Below, one piece after another: positions 31,001-46,000 of a stretch of DNA of 64,000 nucleotides (the stretch's first letter is position 1; each line of letters opens with the position of its first letter). The stretch lies in NCBI GenBank assembly GCA_964016885.1, contig OZ024740.1, positions 420,298,001 through 420,362,000 of the forward strand, given 5' to 3'. Source of the stretch: Eledone cirrhosa (taxonomy: Eukaryota). The notes under the pieces are model-generated. The model was not told the DNA's origin and made no database searches. It saw only the letters and a list, made by a program, of their open reading frames with translations. The translations under genes were made by a program, and so were the position numbers.

Positions 31001-34000
31001 GTAGAGTTGGAGGTGACAATCTACATATGTGGTGGGAAGGATGTAGAGTTGGAGGTGACAGTCTACATATGTGGTGGGAATGATGTAGAGTTGGAGGTGA
31101 CAGTCTACAAATTAGGTGGGAATGATGTAGAGTTGGAGGTGACAATCTACATATGTGGTGGGAAGGATGTACAGTTGGAGGTGACAGTCTACATATGTGG
31201 TGGGAAAGAGGTACAGTTGGAGGTGACAGTCTACATATGTAGTGGGAATGATTTACAGTTAGAGGTGACATTCTACATATGTGGTGGGAATGATGTAGAG
31301 TTGGAGGTGACAATCTACATATGTGTTGGGAATTATGTAGAGTTGGAGGTGACAATCTACATATGTGGTGGGAATGATGTAGAGTTGGAGGTGACAATCT
31401 ACATATGTGGTGGGAATGATGTAGAGTTGGAGGTGACAATCTACATATGTGGTGGGAAGGATGTAGAGTTGGAGGTGACAGTCTACATATGTGGTGGGAA
31501 AGAGGTACAGTTGGAGGTGACAGTCTACATATGTGGTGGGAATGATGTAGAGTTGGAGGTGACAGTCTACATATGTGGTGGGAATGATGTACAGTTGGAG
31601 GTGACAGTCTATATATGTGGTGGGAATGATGTACAGTTGGAGGTGACAGTCTACATAGGTGGTGGGAATGATGTAGAGTTGGAGGTGACAGTCTGCATAT
31701 GTGGTGGGAATGATGTAGAGTTGGAGGTGACAGTTTACATATGTGGTGGGAATGATGTAGAGTTGAAGGGGACAGTCTACATATGTGGTGGGAATGATGT
31801 AGAGTTGGAGGTGACAGTCTACATATGTGGTGGGAATAATGTAGAGTTGGTGGTGACAATCTACATATGTGGTGGGAATGATGTACAGTTGGAGGTGACA
31901 GTCTACATAGGTGTTGGGAATGATGTACAGTTGGAGGTGATAGTCTGCATATGTGGTGGGAATGATGTAGAGTTGGAGGTGACAATCTACATATGTGGTG
32001 GGAATTATGTAGAGTCGGAGGTGACAATCTACATATGGTGTGGGAATGATGTAGAGTTGGAAGTGACAGTCTACATATGTGGTGGGAATGATGTAGAGTT
32101 GGAGGTAACAGTCTACATATGTGGTGGGTCTGATGTACAGTTGGAGGTGACAGTCTACATATGTGGTGGGAATGGTGTAGAGTTGGAGGTGACAGTCTAC
32201 ATATGTGGCAGGAATGATGTAGAGTTGGAGGTGACAGTTTACATATGTGGTGGGAATGATGTAGAGTTGAAGGGGACACTCTACATATGTGGTGGGAATG
32301 ATGTATAGTTGGAGGTGACAGTCTAGATATGTCTTGGGAATGATGTAGAGTTGGAGCCGACCGTCTACATATGTGGTGGGAATGGTGTAGAGTTGGAAGG
32401 GACAGTCTACATATGTGGTGGGAATGATGTAGAGTTGGAGGTGGCAGTCTACATATGTGGTGGGAATGATGTAGAGTTGGAGGTGACAGTCTACATATGT
32501 GGTTGGAATGAGGTAGAGTTGAAGATGACAGTCTACATATGTGGTGGGAATGATGTAGAGTTGGTGGTGACACTCTAAATATGGGGTGGGAAAGAGCTAG
32601 TGTTGGAGGTGACAGTCTACATATGTGGTGGGAATGATGTAGAGTTGGTGGTGACAGTCTACATATGTGGTGGGAAAGAGGTAGAGTTGGAGGTGACAGT
32701 CTACATATGTGGTGGGAATGATGTAGAGTTGGTGGTGACAGTCTACATATGTGTTGGGAATTATGTAGAGTTGGAGGTGACAATCTACATATGTGGTGGG
32801 AATGATGTAGAGTTGGAGGTGACAATCTACATATGTGGTGGGAATGATGTAGAGTTGGAGGTGACAATCTACATATGTGGTGGGAAGGATGTAGAGTTGG
32901 AGGTGACAGTCTACATATGTGGTGGGAAAGAGGTACAGTTGGAGGTGACAGTCTACATATGTGGTGGGAATGATGTAGAGTTGGAGGTGACAGTCTACAT
33001 ATGTGGTGGGAATGATGTACAGTTGGAGGTGACAGTCTATATATGTGGTGGGAATGATGTACAGTTGGAGGTGACAGTCTACATAGGTGGTGGGAATGAT
33101 GTAGAGTTGGAGGTGACAGTCTGCATATGTGGTGGGAATGATGTAGAGTTGGAGGTGACAGTTTACATGTGTGGTGGGAATGATGTAGAGTTGAAGGGGA
33201 CAGTCTACATATGTGGTGGGAATTATGTAGAGTTGGAGGTGAGTCTACATATGTGGTGGGAATGATGTAGAGGAATGATGTACAGTTGGAGGTGACAATC
33301 TACATACGTGGTGGGCATGATGTAGAGTTGGAGGTGAGAGTCTACATATGTGGTGGGAAAGAGGTAGAGTTGGAGGTGATAGTCTACATATGTGGTGGGA
33401 AAGAGGTACAGTTGGAGGTGACAGTCTACATATGTAGTGGGAATGATTTACAGTTAGAGGTGACAATCTACATATGTGTTGGGAATTATGTAGAGTTGGA
33501 GGTGACAATCTACATATGTGGTGGGAATGATGTAGAGTTGGAGGTGACAATCTACATATGTGGTGGGAATGATGTAGAGTTGGAGGTGACAATCTACATA
33601 TGTGGTGGGAAGGATGTAGAGTTGGAGGTGACAGTCTACATATGTGGTGGGAAAGAGGTACAGTTGGAGGTGACAGTCTACATATGTGGTGGGAATGATG
33701 TAGAGTTGGAGGTGACAGTCTACATATGTGGTGGGAATGATGTACAGTTGGAGGTGACAGTCTATATATGTGGTGGGAATGATGTACAGTTGGAAGTGAC
33801 AGTCTACATAGGTGGTGGGAATGATGTAGAGTTGGAGGTGACAGTCTGCATATGTGGTGGGAATGATGTAGAGTTGGAGGTGACAGTTTACATGTGTGGT
33901 GGGAATGATGTAGAGTTGAAGGGGACAGACTACATATGTGGTGGGAATTATGTAGAGTTGGAGGTGAGTCTACATATGTGGTGGGAATGATGTAGAGGAA

Positions 34001-37000
34001 TGATGTACAGTTGGAGGTGACAATCTACATACGTGGTGGGCATGATGTAGAGTTGGAGGTGAGAGTCTACATATGTGGTGGGAAAGAGGTAGAGTTGGAG
34101 GTGATAGTCTACATATGTGGTGGGAATGATGTACAGTTGGAGGTGACAATCTACATACGTGGTGGGCATGATGTAGAGTTGGAGGTGAGAAACTACATAT
34201 GTGGTGGGAATGATGTAGAGTTGGAGGTGACAGTCTACATATGTGGTGGGAAAGAGGTAGAGTTGGGGGATGACAGTCTACATATGTGGTGGGAATGATG
34301 TACTGTTGGAGGTGACACTCTACATATGTGGAGGGAATGATGTAGAGTTGGAGGTGAAAGTCTATATATGTGGTGGGAATGATGTACAGTTGGATGTGAC
34401 AGTCTACATATGTGGTGGGAATGATGTAGAGTTGGAGGTGACAGTCTACAAATTAGGTGGGAATGATGTAGAGTTGGAGGTGACAATCTACATATGTGGT
34501 GGGAAGGATGTAGAGTTGGAGGTGAGAGTCTACATATGTGGTGGGAAAGAGGTACAGTTGGAGGTGACAGTCTACATATGTAGTGGGAATGATTTACAGT
34601 TAGAGGTGACATTCTACATATGTGGTGGGAATGATGTAGAGTTGGAGGTGACAATCTACATATGTGTTGGGAATTATGTAGAGTTGGAGGTGACAATCTA
34701 CATATGTGGTGGGAATGATGTAGAGTTGGAGGTGACAATCTACATATGTGGTGGGAATGATGTAGAGTTGGAGGTGACAATCTACATATGTGGTGGGAAG
34801 GATGTAGAGTTGGAGGTGACAGTCTACATATGTGGTGGGAAAGAGGTACAGTTGGAGGTGACAGTCTACATATGTGGTGGGAATGATGTAGAGTTGGAGG
34901 TGACAGGCTACATATGTGGTGGGAATGATGTACAGTTGGAGGTGACAGTCTATATATGTGGTGGGAATGATGTACAGTTGGAGGTGACAGTCTACATAGG
35001 TGGTGGGAATGATGTAGAGTTGGAGGTGACAGTCTGCATATGTGGTGGGAATGATGTAGAGTTGGAGGTGACAGTTTACATGTGTGGTGGGAATGATGTA
35101 GAGTTGAAGGGGACAGTCTACATATGTGGTGAGAATGATGTAGAGTTGGAGGTGACAGTCTACATATGTGGTGGGAATGATGTAGAGTTGGTGGTGACAA
35201 TCTACATATGTGGTGGGAATGATGTACAGTTGGAGGTGACAGTCTACATAGGTGTTGGGAATGATGTACAGTTGGAGGTGATAGTCTGCATATGTGGTGG
35301 GAATGATGTAGAGTTGGAGGTGACAATCTACATATGTGGTGGGAATTATGTAGAGTCGGAGGTGACAATCTACATATGTTGTGGGAATGATGTAGAGTTG
35401 GAGGTGACAGTCTACATATGTGGTGGGTCTGATGTACAGTTGGAGGTGACAGTCTACATATGTGGTGGGAATGGTGTAGAGTTGGAGGTGACAGTCTACA
35501 TATGTGGCAGGAATGATGTAGAGTTGGAGGTGACAGTTTACATATGTGGTGGGAATGATGTAGAGTTGAAGGGGACACTCTACATATGTGGTGGGAATGA
35601 TGTAGAGTTGAAGGGGACACTCTACATATGTGGTTGGAATGATGTACAGTTGGAGGTGACAGTCTATATATGTGGTGGGAATGATGTACAGTTGGAGGTG
35701 ACAGTCTACATAGGTGGTGGGAACTATGTAGAGTTGGAGGTGACAGTCTACATATGTGGTGGGAAAGAGGTAGAGTTGGAGGTGAGAGTCTACATATGTG
35801 GTGGGAAAGAGGTAGATTTGGAGGTGATAGTCTACATATGTGGTGGGAATGATGTACAGTTGGAGGTGACAATCTACATACGTGGTGGGCATGATGTAGA
35901 GTTGGAGGTGAGAAACTACATATGTGGTGGGAATGATGTAGAGTTGGAGGTGACAGTCTACATATGTGGTGGGAAAGAGGTAGAGTTGGGGGATGACAGT
36001 CTACATATGTGGTGGGAATGATGTACTGTTGGAGGTGACACTCTACATATGTGGTGGGAATGATGTAGAGTTGGAGGTGACAGTCTACATATGTGGTGGG
36101 AATGATGTAGAGTTGGAGGTGAAAGTCTATATATGTGGTGGGAATGATGTACAGTTGGATGTGACAGTCTACATATGTGGTGGGAATGATGTAGAGTTGG
36201 AGGTGACAGTCTACAAATTAGGTGGGAAGGATGTAGAGTTGGAGGTGACAGTCTACATATGTGGTGGGAAAGAGGTACAGTTGGAGGTGACAGTCTACAT
36301 ATGTAGTGGGAATGATTTACAGTTAGAGGTGACATTCTACATATGTGGTGGGAATGATGTAGAGTTGGAGGTGACAATCTACATATGTGTTGGGAATTAT
36401 GTAGAGTTGGAGGTGACAATCTACATATGTGGTGGGAATGATGTAGATTTGGAGGTGACAATCTACATATGTGGTGGGAATGATGTAGGGTTGGAGGTGA
36501 CAATCTACATATGTGGTGGGAAGGATGTAGAGTTGGAGGTGACAGTCTACATATGTGGTGGGAAAGAGGTACAGTTGGAGGTGACAGTCTACATATGTGG
36601 TGGGAATGATGTAGAGTTGGAGGTGACAGTCTACATATGTGGTGGGAATGATGTACAGTTGGAGGTGACAGTCTATATATGTGGTGGGAATGATGTACAG
36701 TTGGAGGTGACAGTCTACATAGGTGGTGGGAATGATGTAGAGTTGGAGGTGACAGTCTGCATATGTGGTGGGAATGATGTAGAGTTGGAGGTGACAGTTT
36801 ACATGTGTGGTGGGAATGATGTAGAGTTGAAGGGGACAGTCTACATATGTGGTGGGAATGATGTAGAGTTGGAGGTGACAGTCTACATATGTGGTGGGAA
36901 TGATGTAGAGTTGGTGGTGACAATCTGCATATGTGGTGGGAATGATGTACAGTTGGAGGTGACAGTCTACATAGGTGTTGGGAATGATGTACAGTTGGAG

Positions 37001-40000
37001 GTGATAGTCTGCATATGTGGTGGGAATGATGTAGGGTTGGAGGTGACAATCTACATATGTGGTGGGAATTATGTAGAGTCGGAGGTGACAATCTACATAT
37101 GTTGTGGGAATGATGTAGAGTTGGAGGTGACAGTCTACATATGTGGTGGGAATGATGTAGAGTTGGAGGTAACAGTCTACATATGTGGTGGGTCTGATGT
37201 ACAGTTGGAGGTGACAGTCTACATATGTGGTGGGAATGGTGTAGAGTTGGAGGTGACAGTCTACATATGTGGCAGGAATGATGTAGAGTTGGAGGTGACA
37301 GTTTACATATGTGGTGGGAATGATGTAGAGTTGAAGGGGAGACTCTACATATGTGGTGGGAATGATGTAGAGTTGGAGGTGACAGCCTAGATATGTCTTG
37401 GGAATGATGTAGAGTTGGAGCCGACCGTCTACATATGTGGTGGGAATGGTGTCGAGTTTGAGGTGACAATCTACATATGTGGTGGGAATGATGTAGAGTT
37501 GGAGGTGACAGTCTACATATGTGGTGGGAATGATGTAGAGTTGGAGGTAACAGTCTACATATGTGGTGGGTCTGATGTACAGTTGGAGGTGACAGTCTAC
37601 ATATGTGGTGGGAATGGTGTAGAGTTGGAGGTGACAGTCTACATATGTGGCAGGAATGATGTAGAGTTGGAGGTGACAGTTTACATATGTGGTGGGAATG
37701 ATGTAGAGTTGAAGGGGACACTCTACATATGTGGTGGGAATGATGTAGAGTTGGAGGTGACAGTCTGCATATGTGGTGGGAATGATGTAGAGTTGGAGGT
37801 GATAGTCTACATATGTAGGTGGGAAAGAGGTAGAGTTGGAGGTGACAGTCTACATATGTGGTGGGAATGCTGTAGAGTTGGTGGTGACATTCTACATATG
37901 TGGTGGGAACTATGTAGAGTTGGAGGTGACAGTCTACATATGTTGTGGGAAAGAGGTAGAGTTGGAGGTGAGAGTCTACATATGTGGTGGGAAAGAGGTA
38001 GAGTTGGAGGTGACAATCTACATACGTGGTGGGCATGATGTAGAGTTGGAGGTGAGAAACTACATATGTGGTGGGAATGATGTAGAGTTGGAGGTGACAG
38101 TCTACATATGTGGTGGGAAAGAGGTAGAGTTGGGGGATGACAGTCTACATATGTGGTGGGAATGATGTACTGTTGGAGGTGACACTCTACATATGTGGTG
38201 GGAATGATGTAGAGTTGGAGGTGACAGTCTACATATGTGGTGGGAATGATGTAGAGTTGGTGGTGACAGTCTACATATGTGGTGGGAAAGAGGTAGAGTT
38301 GGAGGTGACAGTCTACATATGTGGTGGGAATGATGTAGAGTTGGTGGTGACAGTCTACATATGTGTTGGGAATTATGTAGAGTTGGAGGTGACAATCTAC
38401 ATATGTGGTGGGAATGATGTAGAGTTGGAGGTGACAATCTACATATGTGGTGGGAATGATGTAGAGTTGGAGGTGACAATCTACATATGTGGTGGGAAGG
38501 ATGTAGAGTTGGAGGTGACAGTCTACATATGTGGTGGGAAAGAGGTACAGTTGGAGGTGACAGTCTACATATGTGGTGGGAATGATGTAGAGTTGGAGGT
38601 GACAGTCTACAAATTAGGTGGGAATGATGTAGAGTTGGAGGTGACAATCTACATATGTGGTGGGAAGGATGTACAGTTGGAGGTGACAGTCTACATATGT
38701 GGTGGGAAAGAGGTACAGTTGGAGGTGACAGTCTACATATGTAGTGGGAATGATTTACAGTTAGAGGTGACATTCTACATATGTGGTGGGAATGATGTAG
38801 AGTTGGAGGTGACAATCTACATATGTGTTGGGAATTATGTAGAGTTGGAGGTGACAATCTACATATGTGGTGGGAATGATGTAGAGTTGGAGGTGACAAT
38901 CTACATATGTGGTGGGAATGATGTAGAGTTGGAGGTGACAATCTACATATGTGGTGGGAAGGATGTAGAGTTGGAGGTGACAGTCTACATATGTGGTGGG
39001 AAAGAGGTACAGTTGGAGGTGACAGTCTACATATGTGGTGGGAATGATGTAGAGTTGGAGGTGACAGTCTACATATGTGGTGGGAATGATGTACAGTTGG
39101 AGGTGACAGTCTATATATGTGGTGGGAATGATGTACAGTTGGAGGTGACAGTCTACATAGGTGGTGGGAATGATGTAGAGTTGGAGGTGACAGTCTGCAT
39201 ATGTGGTGGGAATGATGTAGAGTTGGAGGTGACAGTTTACATATGTGGTGGGAATGATGTAGAGTTGAAGGGGACAGTCTACATATGTGGTGGGAATGAT
39301 GTAGAGTTGGAGGTGACAGTCTACATATGTGGTGGGAATAATGTAGAGTTGGTGGTGACAATCTACATATGTGGTGGGAATGATGTACAGTTGGAGGTGA
39401 CAGTCTACATAGGTGTTGGGAATGATGTACAGTTGGAGGTGATAGTCTGCATATGTGGTGGGAATGATGTAGAGTTGGAGGTGACAATCTACATATGTGG
39501 TGGGAATTATGTAGAGTCGGAGGTGACAATCTACATATGGTGTGGGAATGATGTAGAGTTGGAAGTGACAGTCTACATATGTGGTGGGAATGATGTAGAG
39601 TTGGAGGTAACAGTCTACATATGTGGTGGGTCTGATGTACAGTTGGAGGTGACAGTCTACATATGTGGTGGGAATGGTGTAGAGTTGGAGGTGACAGTCT
39701 ACATATGTGGCAGGAATGATGTAGAGTTGGAGGTGACAGTTTACATATGTGGTGGGAATGATGTAGAGTTGAAGGGGACACTCTACATATGTGGTGGGAA
39801 TGATGTAGAGTTGGAGGTGACAGTCTAGATATGTCTTGGGAATGATGTAGAGTTGGAGCCGACCGTCTACATATGTGGTGGGAATGGTGTCGAGTTTGAG
39901 GTGACAATCTACATATGTGGTGGGAATGATGTAGAGTTGGAGGTGACAGTCTACATATGTGGTGGGAATGATGTGTAGTTGGAGGTGACAGTCTACATAT

Positions 40001-43000
40001 GTGGTGGGAAGGATGTAGATTTGGAGATGACAGTCTACATATGTGGTGGGAATGATGTAGAGTTGGAAGGGACAGTCTACATATGTGGTGGGAATGATGT
40101 GGAGTTGGAGGTGGCAGTCTACATATGTGGTGGGAATGATGTAGAGTTGGAGATGACAGTCTACATATGTGGTGGGAATGATGTAGAGTTGGTGGTGACA
40201 CTCTAAATATGGGGTGGGAAAGAGCTAGAGTTGGAGGTGACAGTCTACATATGTGGTGGGAATGATGTAGAGTTGGTGGTGACAGTCTACATATGTGGTG
40301 GGAAAGAGGTAGAGTTGGAGGTGACAGTCTACATATGTGGTGGGAATGATGTAGAGTTGGTGGTGACAGTCTACATATGTGTTGGGAATTATGTAGAGTT
40401 GGAGGTGACAATCTACATATGTGGTGGGAATGATGTAGAGTTGGAGGTGACAATCTACATATGTGGTGGGAATGATGTAGAGTTGGAGGTGACAATCTAC
40501 ATATGTGGTGGGAAGGATGTAGAGTTGGAGGTGACAGTCTACATATGTGGTGGGAAAGAGGTACAGTTGGAGGTGACAGTCTACATATGTGGTGGGAATG
40601 ATGTAGAGTTGGAGGTGACAGTCTACATATGTGGTGGGAATGATGTACAGTTGGAGGTGACAGTCTATATATGTGGTGGGAATGATGTACAGTTGGAGGT
40701 GACAGTCTACATAGGTGGTGGGAATGATGTAGAGTTGGAGGTGACAGTCTGCATATGTGGTGGGAATGATGTAGAGTTGGAGGTGACAGTTTACATGTGT
40801 GGTGGGAATGATGTAGAGTTGAAGGGGACAGTCTACATATGTGGTGGGAATTATGTAGAGTTGGAGGTGAGTCTACATATGTGGTGGGAATGATGTAGAG
40901 GAATGATGTACAGTTGGAGGTGACAATCTACATACGTGGTGGGCATGATGTAGAGTTGGAGTTGAGAGTCTACATATGTGGTGGGAAAGAGGTAGAGTTG
41001 GAGGTGTTAGTCTACATATGTGGTGGGAATGATGTACAGTTGGAGGTGACAATCTACATACGTGGTGGGCATGATGTAGAGTTGGAGGTGAGAAACTACA
41101 TATGTGGTGGGAATGATGTAGAGTTGGAGGTGACAGTCTACATATGTGGTGGGAAAGAGGTAGAGTTGGGGGATGACAGTCTACATATGTGGTGGGAATG
41201 ATGTACTGTTGGAGGTGACACTCTACATATGTGGTGGGAATGATGTAGAGTTGGAGGTGAAAGTCTACATATGTGGTGGGAATGATGTACAGTTGGATGT
41301 GACAGTCTACATATGTGGTGGGAATGATGTAGAGTTGGAGGTGACAGTCTACAAATTAGGTGGGAATGATGTAGAGTTGGAGGTGACAATCTACATATGT
41401 GGTGGGAAGGATGTAGAGTTGGAGGTGAGAGTCTACATATGTGGTGGGAAAGAGGTACAGTTGGAGGTGACAGTCTACATATGTAGTGGGAATTATTTAC
41501 AGTTAGAGGTGACATTCTACATATGTGGTGGGAATGATGTAGAGTTGGAGGTGACAATCTACATATGTATTGGGAATTATGTAGAGTTGGAGGAGACAAT
41601 CTACATATGTGGTGGGAATGATGTAGAGTTGGAGGTGACAATCTACATAGGTGGTGGGAATGATGTAGAGTTGGAGGTGACAATCTACATATGTGGTGGG
41701 AAGGATGTAGAGTTGGAGGTGACAGTCTACATATGTGGTGGGAAAGAGGTACAGTTGGAGGTGACAGTCTACATATGTGGTGGGAATGATGTAGAGTTGG
41801 AGGTGACAGGCTACATATGTGGTGGGAATGATGTACAGTTGGAGGTGACAGTCTATATATGTGGTGGGAATGATGTACAGTTGGAGGTGACAGTCTACAT
41901 AGGTGGTGGGAATGATGTAGAGTTGGAGGTGACAGTCTGCATATGTGGTGGGAATGATGTAGAGTTGGAGGTGACAGTTTACATGTGTGGTGGGAATGAT
42001 GTAGAGTTGAAGGGGACAGTCTACATATGTGGTGAGAATGATGTAGAGTTGGAGGTGACAGTCTACATATGTGGTGGGAATGATGTAGAGTTGGTGGTGA
42101 CAATCTACATATGTGGTGGGAATGATGTACAGTTGGAGGTGACAGTCTACATAGGTGTTGGGAATGATGTACAGTTGGAGGTGATAGTCTGCATATGTGG
42201 TGGGAATGATGTAGAGTTGGAGGTGACAATCTACATATGTGGTGGGAATTATGTAGAGTCGGAGGTGACAATCTACATATGTTGTGGGAATAATGTAGAG
42301 TTGGAGGTGACAGTCTACATATGTGGTGGGTCTAATGTACAGTTGGAGGTGACAGTCTACATATGTGGTGGGAATGGTGTAGAGTTGGAGGTGACAGTCT
42401 ACATATGTGGCAGGAATGATGTAGAGTTGGAGGTGACAGTTTACATATGTGGTGGGAATGATGTAGAGTTGAAGGGGACACTCTACATATGTGGTGGGAA
42501 TGATGTAGAGTTGAAGGGGACACTCTACATATGTGGTGGGAATGATGTACAGTTGGAGGTGACAGTCTATATATGTGGTGGGAATGATGTACAGTTGGAG
42601 GTGACAGTCTACATAGGTGGTGGGAATGATGTAGAGATGGAGGTGACAGTCTGCATATGTGGTGGGAACTATGTAGAGTTGGAGGTGACAGTCTACATAT
42701 GTGGTGGGAAAGAGGTAGAGTTGGAGGTGAGAGTCTACATATGTGGTGGGAAAGAGGTAGAGTTGGAGGTGATAGTCTACATATGTGGTGGGAATGATGT
42801 ACAGTTGGAGGTGACAATCTACATACGTGGTGGGCATGATGTAGAGTTGGAGGTGAGAAACTACATATGTGGTGGGAATGATGTAGAGTTGGAGGTGACA
42901 GTCTACATATGTGGTGGGAAAGAGGTAGAGTTGGGGGATGACAGTCTACATATGTGGTGGGAATGATGTACTGTTGGAGGTGACACTCTACATATGTGGT

Positions 43001-46000
43001 GGGAATGATGTAGAGTTGGAGGTGACAGTCTACATATGTGGTGGGAATGATGTAGAGTTGGAGGTGAAAGTCTATATATGTGGTGGGAATGATGTACAGT
43101 TGGATGTGACAGTCTACATATGTGGTGGGAATGATGTAGAGTTGGAGGTGACAGTCTACAAATTAGGTGGGAAGGATGTAGAGTTGGAGGTGACAGTCTA
43201 CATATGTGGTGGGAAAGAGGTACAGTTGGAGGTGACAGTCTACATATGTAGTGGGAATGATTTACAGTTAGAGGTGACATTCTACATATGTGGTGGGAAT
43301 GATGTAGAGTTGGAGGTGACAATCTACATATGTGTTGGGAATTATGTAGAGTTGGAGGTGACAATCTACATATGTGGTGGGAATGATGTAGATTTGGAGG
43401 TGACAATCTACATATGTGGTGGGAATGATGTAGGGTTGGAGGTGACAATCTACATATGTGGTGGGAAGGATGTAGAGTTGGAGGTGACAGTCTACATATG
43501 TGGTGGGAAAGAGGTACAGTTGGAGGTGACAGTCTACATATGTGGTGGGAATGATGTAGAGTTGGAGGTGACAGTCTACATATGTGGTGGGAATGATGTA
43601 CAGTTGGAGGTGACAGTCTATATATGTGGTGGGAATGATGTACAGTTGGAGGTGACAGTCTACATAGGTGGTGGGAATGATGTAGAGTTGGAGGTGACAG
43701 TCTGCATATGTGGTGGGAATGATGTAGTGTTGGAGGTGACAGTTTACATGTGTGGTGGGAATGATGTAGAGTTGAAGGGGACAGTCTACATATGTGGTGG
43801 GAATGATGTAGAGTTGGAGGTGACAGTCTACATATGTGGTGGGAATGATGTAGAGTTGGTGGTGACAATCTACATATGTGGTGGGAATGATGTACAGTTG
43901 GAGGTGACAGTCTACATAGGTGTTGGGAATGATGTACAGTTGGAGGTGATAGTCTGCATATGTGGTGGGAATGATGTAGGGTTGGAGGTGACAATCTACA
44001 TATGTGGTGGGAATTATGTAGAGTCGGAGGTGACAATCTACATATGTTGTGGGAATGATGTAGAGTTGGAGATGACAGTCTACATATGTGGTGGGAATGA
44101 TGTAGAGTTGGAGGTAACAGTCTACATATGTGGTGGGTCTGATGTACAGTTGGAGGTGACAGTCTACATATGTGGTGGGAATGGTGTAGAGTTGGAGGTG
44201 ACAGTCTACATATGTGGCAGGAATGATGTAGAGTTGGAGGTGACAGTTTACATATGTGGTGGGAATGATGTAGAGTTGAAGGGGAGACTCTACATATGTG
44301 GTGGGAATGATGTAGAGTTGGAGGTGACAGCCTAGATATGTCTTGGGAATGATGTAGAGTTGGAGCCGACCGTCTACATATGTGGTGGGAATGGTGTCGA
44401 GTTTGAGGTGACAATCTACATATGTGGTGGGAATGATGTAGAGTTGGAGGTGACAGTCTACATATGTGGTGGGAATGATGTAGAGTTGGAGGTAACAGTC
44501 TACATATGTGGTGGGTCTGATGTACAGTTGGAGGTGACAGTCTACATATGTGGTGGGAATGGTGTAGAGTTGGAGGTGACAGTCTACATATGTGGCAGGA
44601 ATGATGTAGAGTTGGAGGTGACAGTTTACATATGTGGTGGGAATGATGTAGAGTTGAAGGGGACACTCTACATATGTGGTGGGAATGATGTAGAGTTGGA
44701 GGTGACAGTCTGCATATGTGGTGGGAATGATGTAGAGTTGGAGGTGATAGTCTACATATGTAGGTGGGAAAGAGGTAGAGTTGGAGGTGACAGTCTACAT
44801 ATGTGGTGGGAATGCTGTAGAGTTGGTGGTGACATTCTACATATGTGGTGGGAATTATGTAGAGTTGGAGGTGACAGTCTACATATGTTGTGGGAAAGAG
44901 GTAGAGTTGGAGGTGAGAGTCTACATATGTGGTGGGAAAGAGGTAGAGTTGGAGGTGATAGTCTACATATGTGGTGGGAATGATGTACAGTTGGAGGTGA
45001 CAATCTACATACGTGGTGGGCATGATGTAGAGTTGGAGGTGAGAAACTACATATGTGGTGGGAATGATGTAGAGTTGGAGGTGACAGTCTACATATGTGG
45101 TGGGAAAGTGGTAGAGTTGGGGGATGACAGTCTACATATGTGGTGGGAATGATGTACTGTTGGAGGTGACACTCTACATATGTGGTGGGAATGATGTAGA
45201 GTTGGAGGTGACAGTCTACATATGTGGTGGGAATGATGTAGAGTTGGAGGTGAAAGTCTATATATGTGGTGGGAATGATATACAGTTGGATGTGACAGTC
45301 TACATATGTGGTGGGAATGATGTAGAGTTGGAGGTGACAGTCTACAAATTAGGTGGGAATGATGTAGAGTTGGAGGTGACAATCTACATATGTGGTGGGA
45401 AGGATGTACAGTTGGAGGTGACAGTCTACATATGTGGTGGGAAAGAGGTACAGTTGGAGGTGACAGTCTACATATGTAGTGGGAATGATTTACAGTTAGA
45501 GGTGACATTCTACATATGTGGTGGGAATGATGTAGAGTTGGAGGTGACAATCTACATATGTGTTGGGAATTATGTAGAGTTGGAGGTGACAATCTACATA
45601 TGTGGTGGGAATGATGTAGAGTTGGAGGTGACAATCTACATATGTGGTGGGAATGATGTAGAGTTGGAGGTGACAATCTACATATGTGGTGGGAAGGATG
45701 TAGAGTTGGAGGTGACAGTCTACATATGTGGTGGGAAAGAGGTACAGTTGGAGGTGACAGTCTACATATGTGGTGGGAATGATGTAGAGTTGGAGGTGAC
45801 AGTCTACATATGTGGTGGGAATGATGTACAGTTGGAGGTGACAGTCTATATATGTGGTGGGAATGATGTACAGTTGGAGTGACAGTCTACATAGGTGGTG
45901 GGAATGATGTAGAGTTGGAGGTGACAGTCTGCATATGTGGTGGGAATGATGTAGAGTTGGAGGTGACAGTTTACATATGTGGTGGGAATGATGTAGAGTT

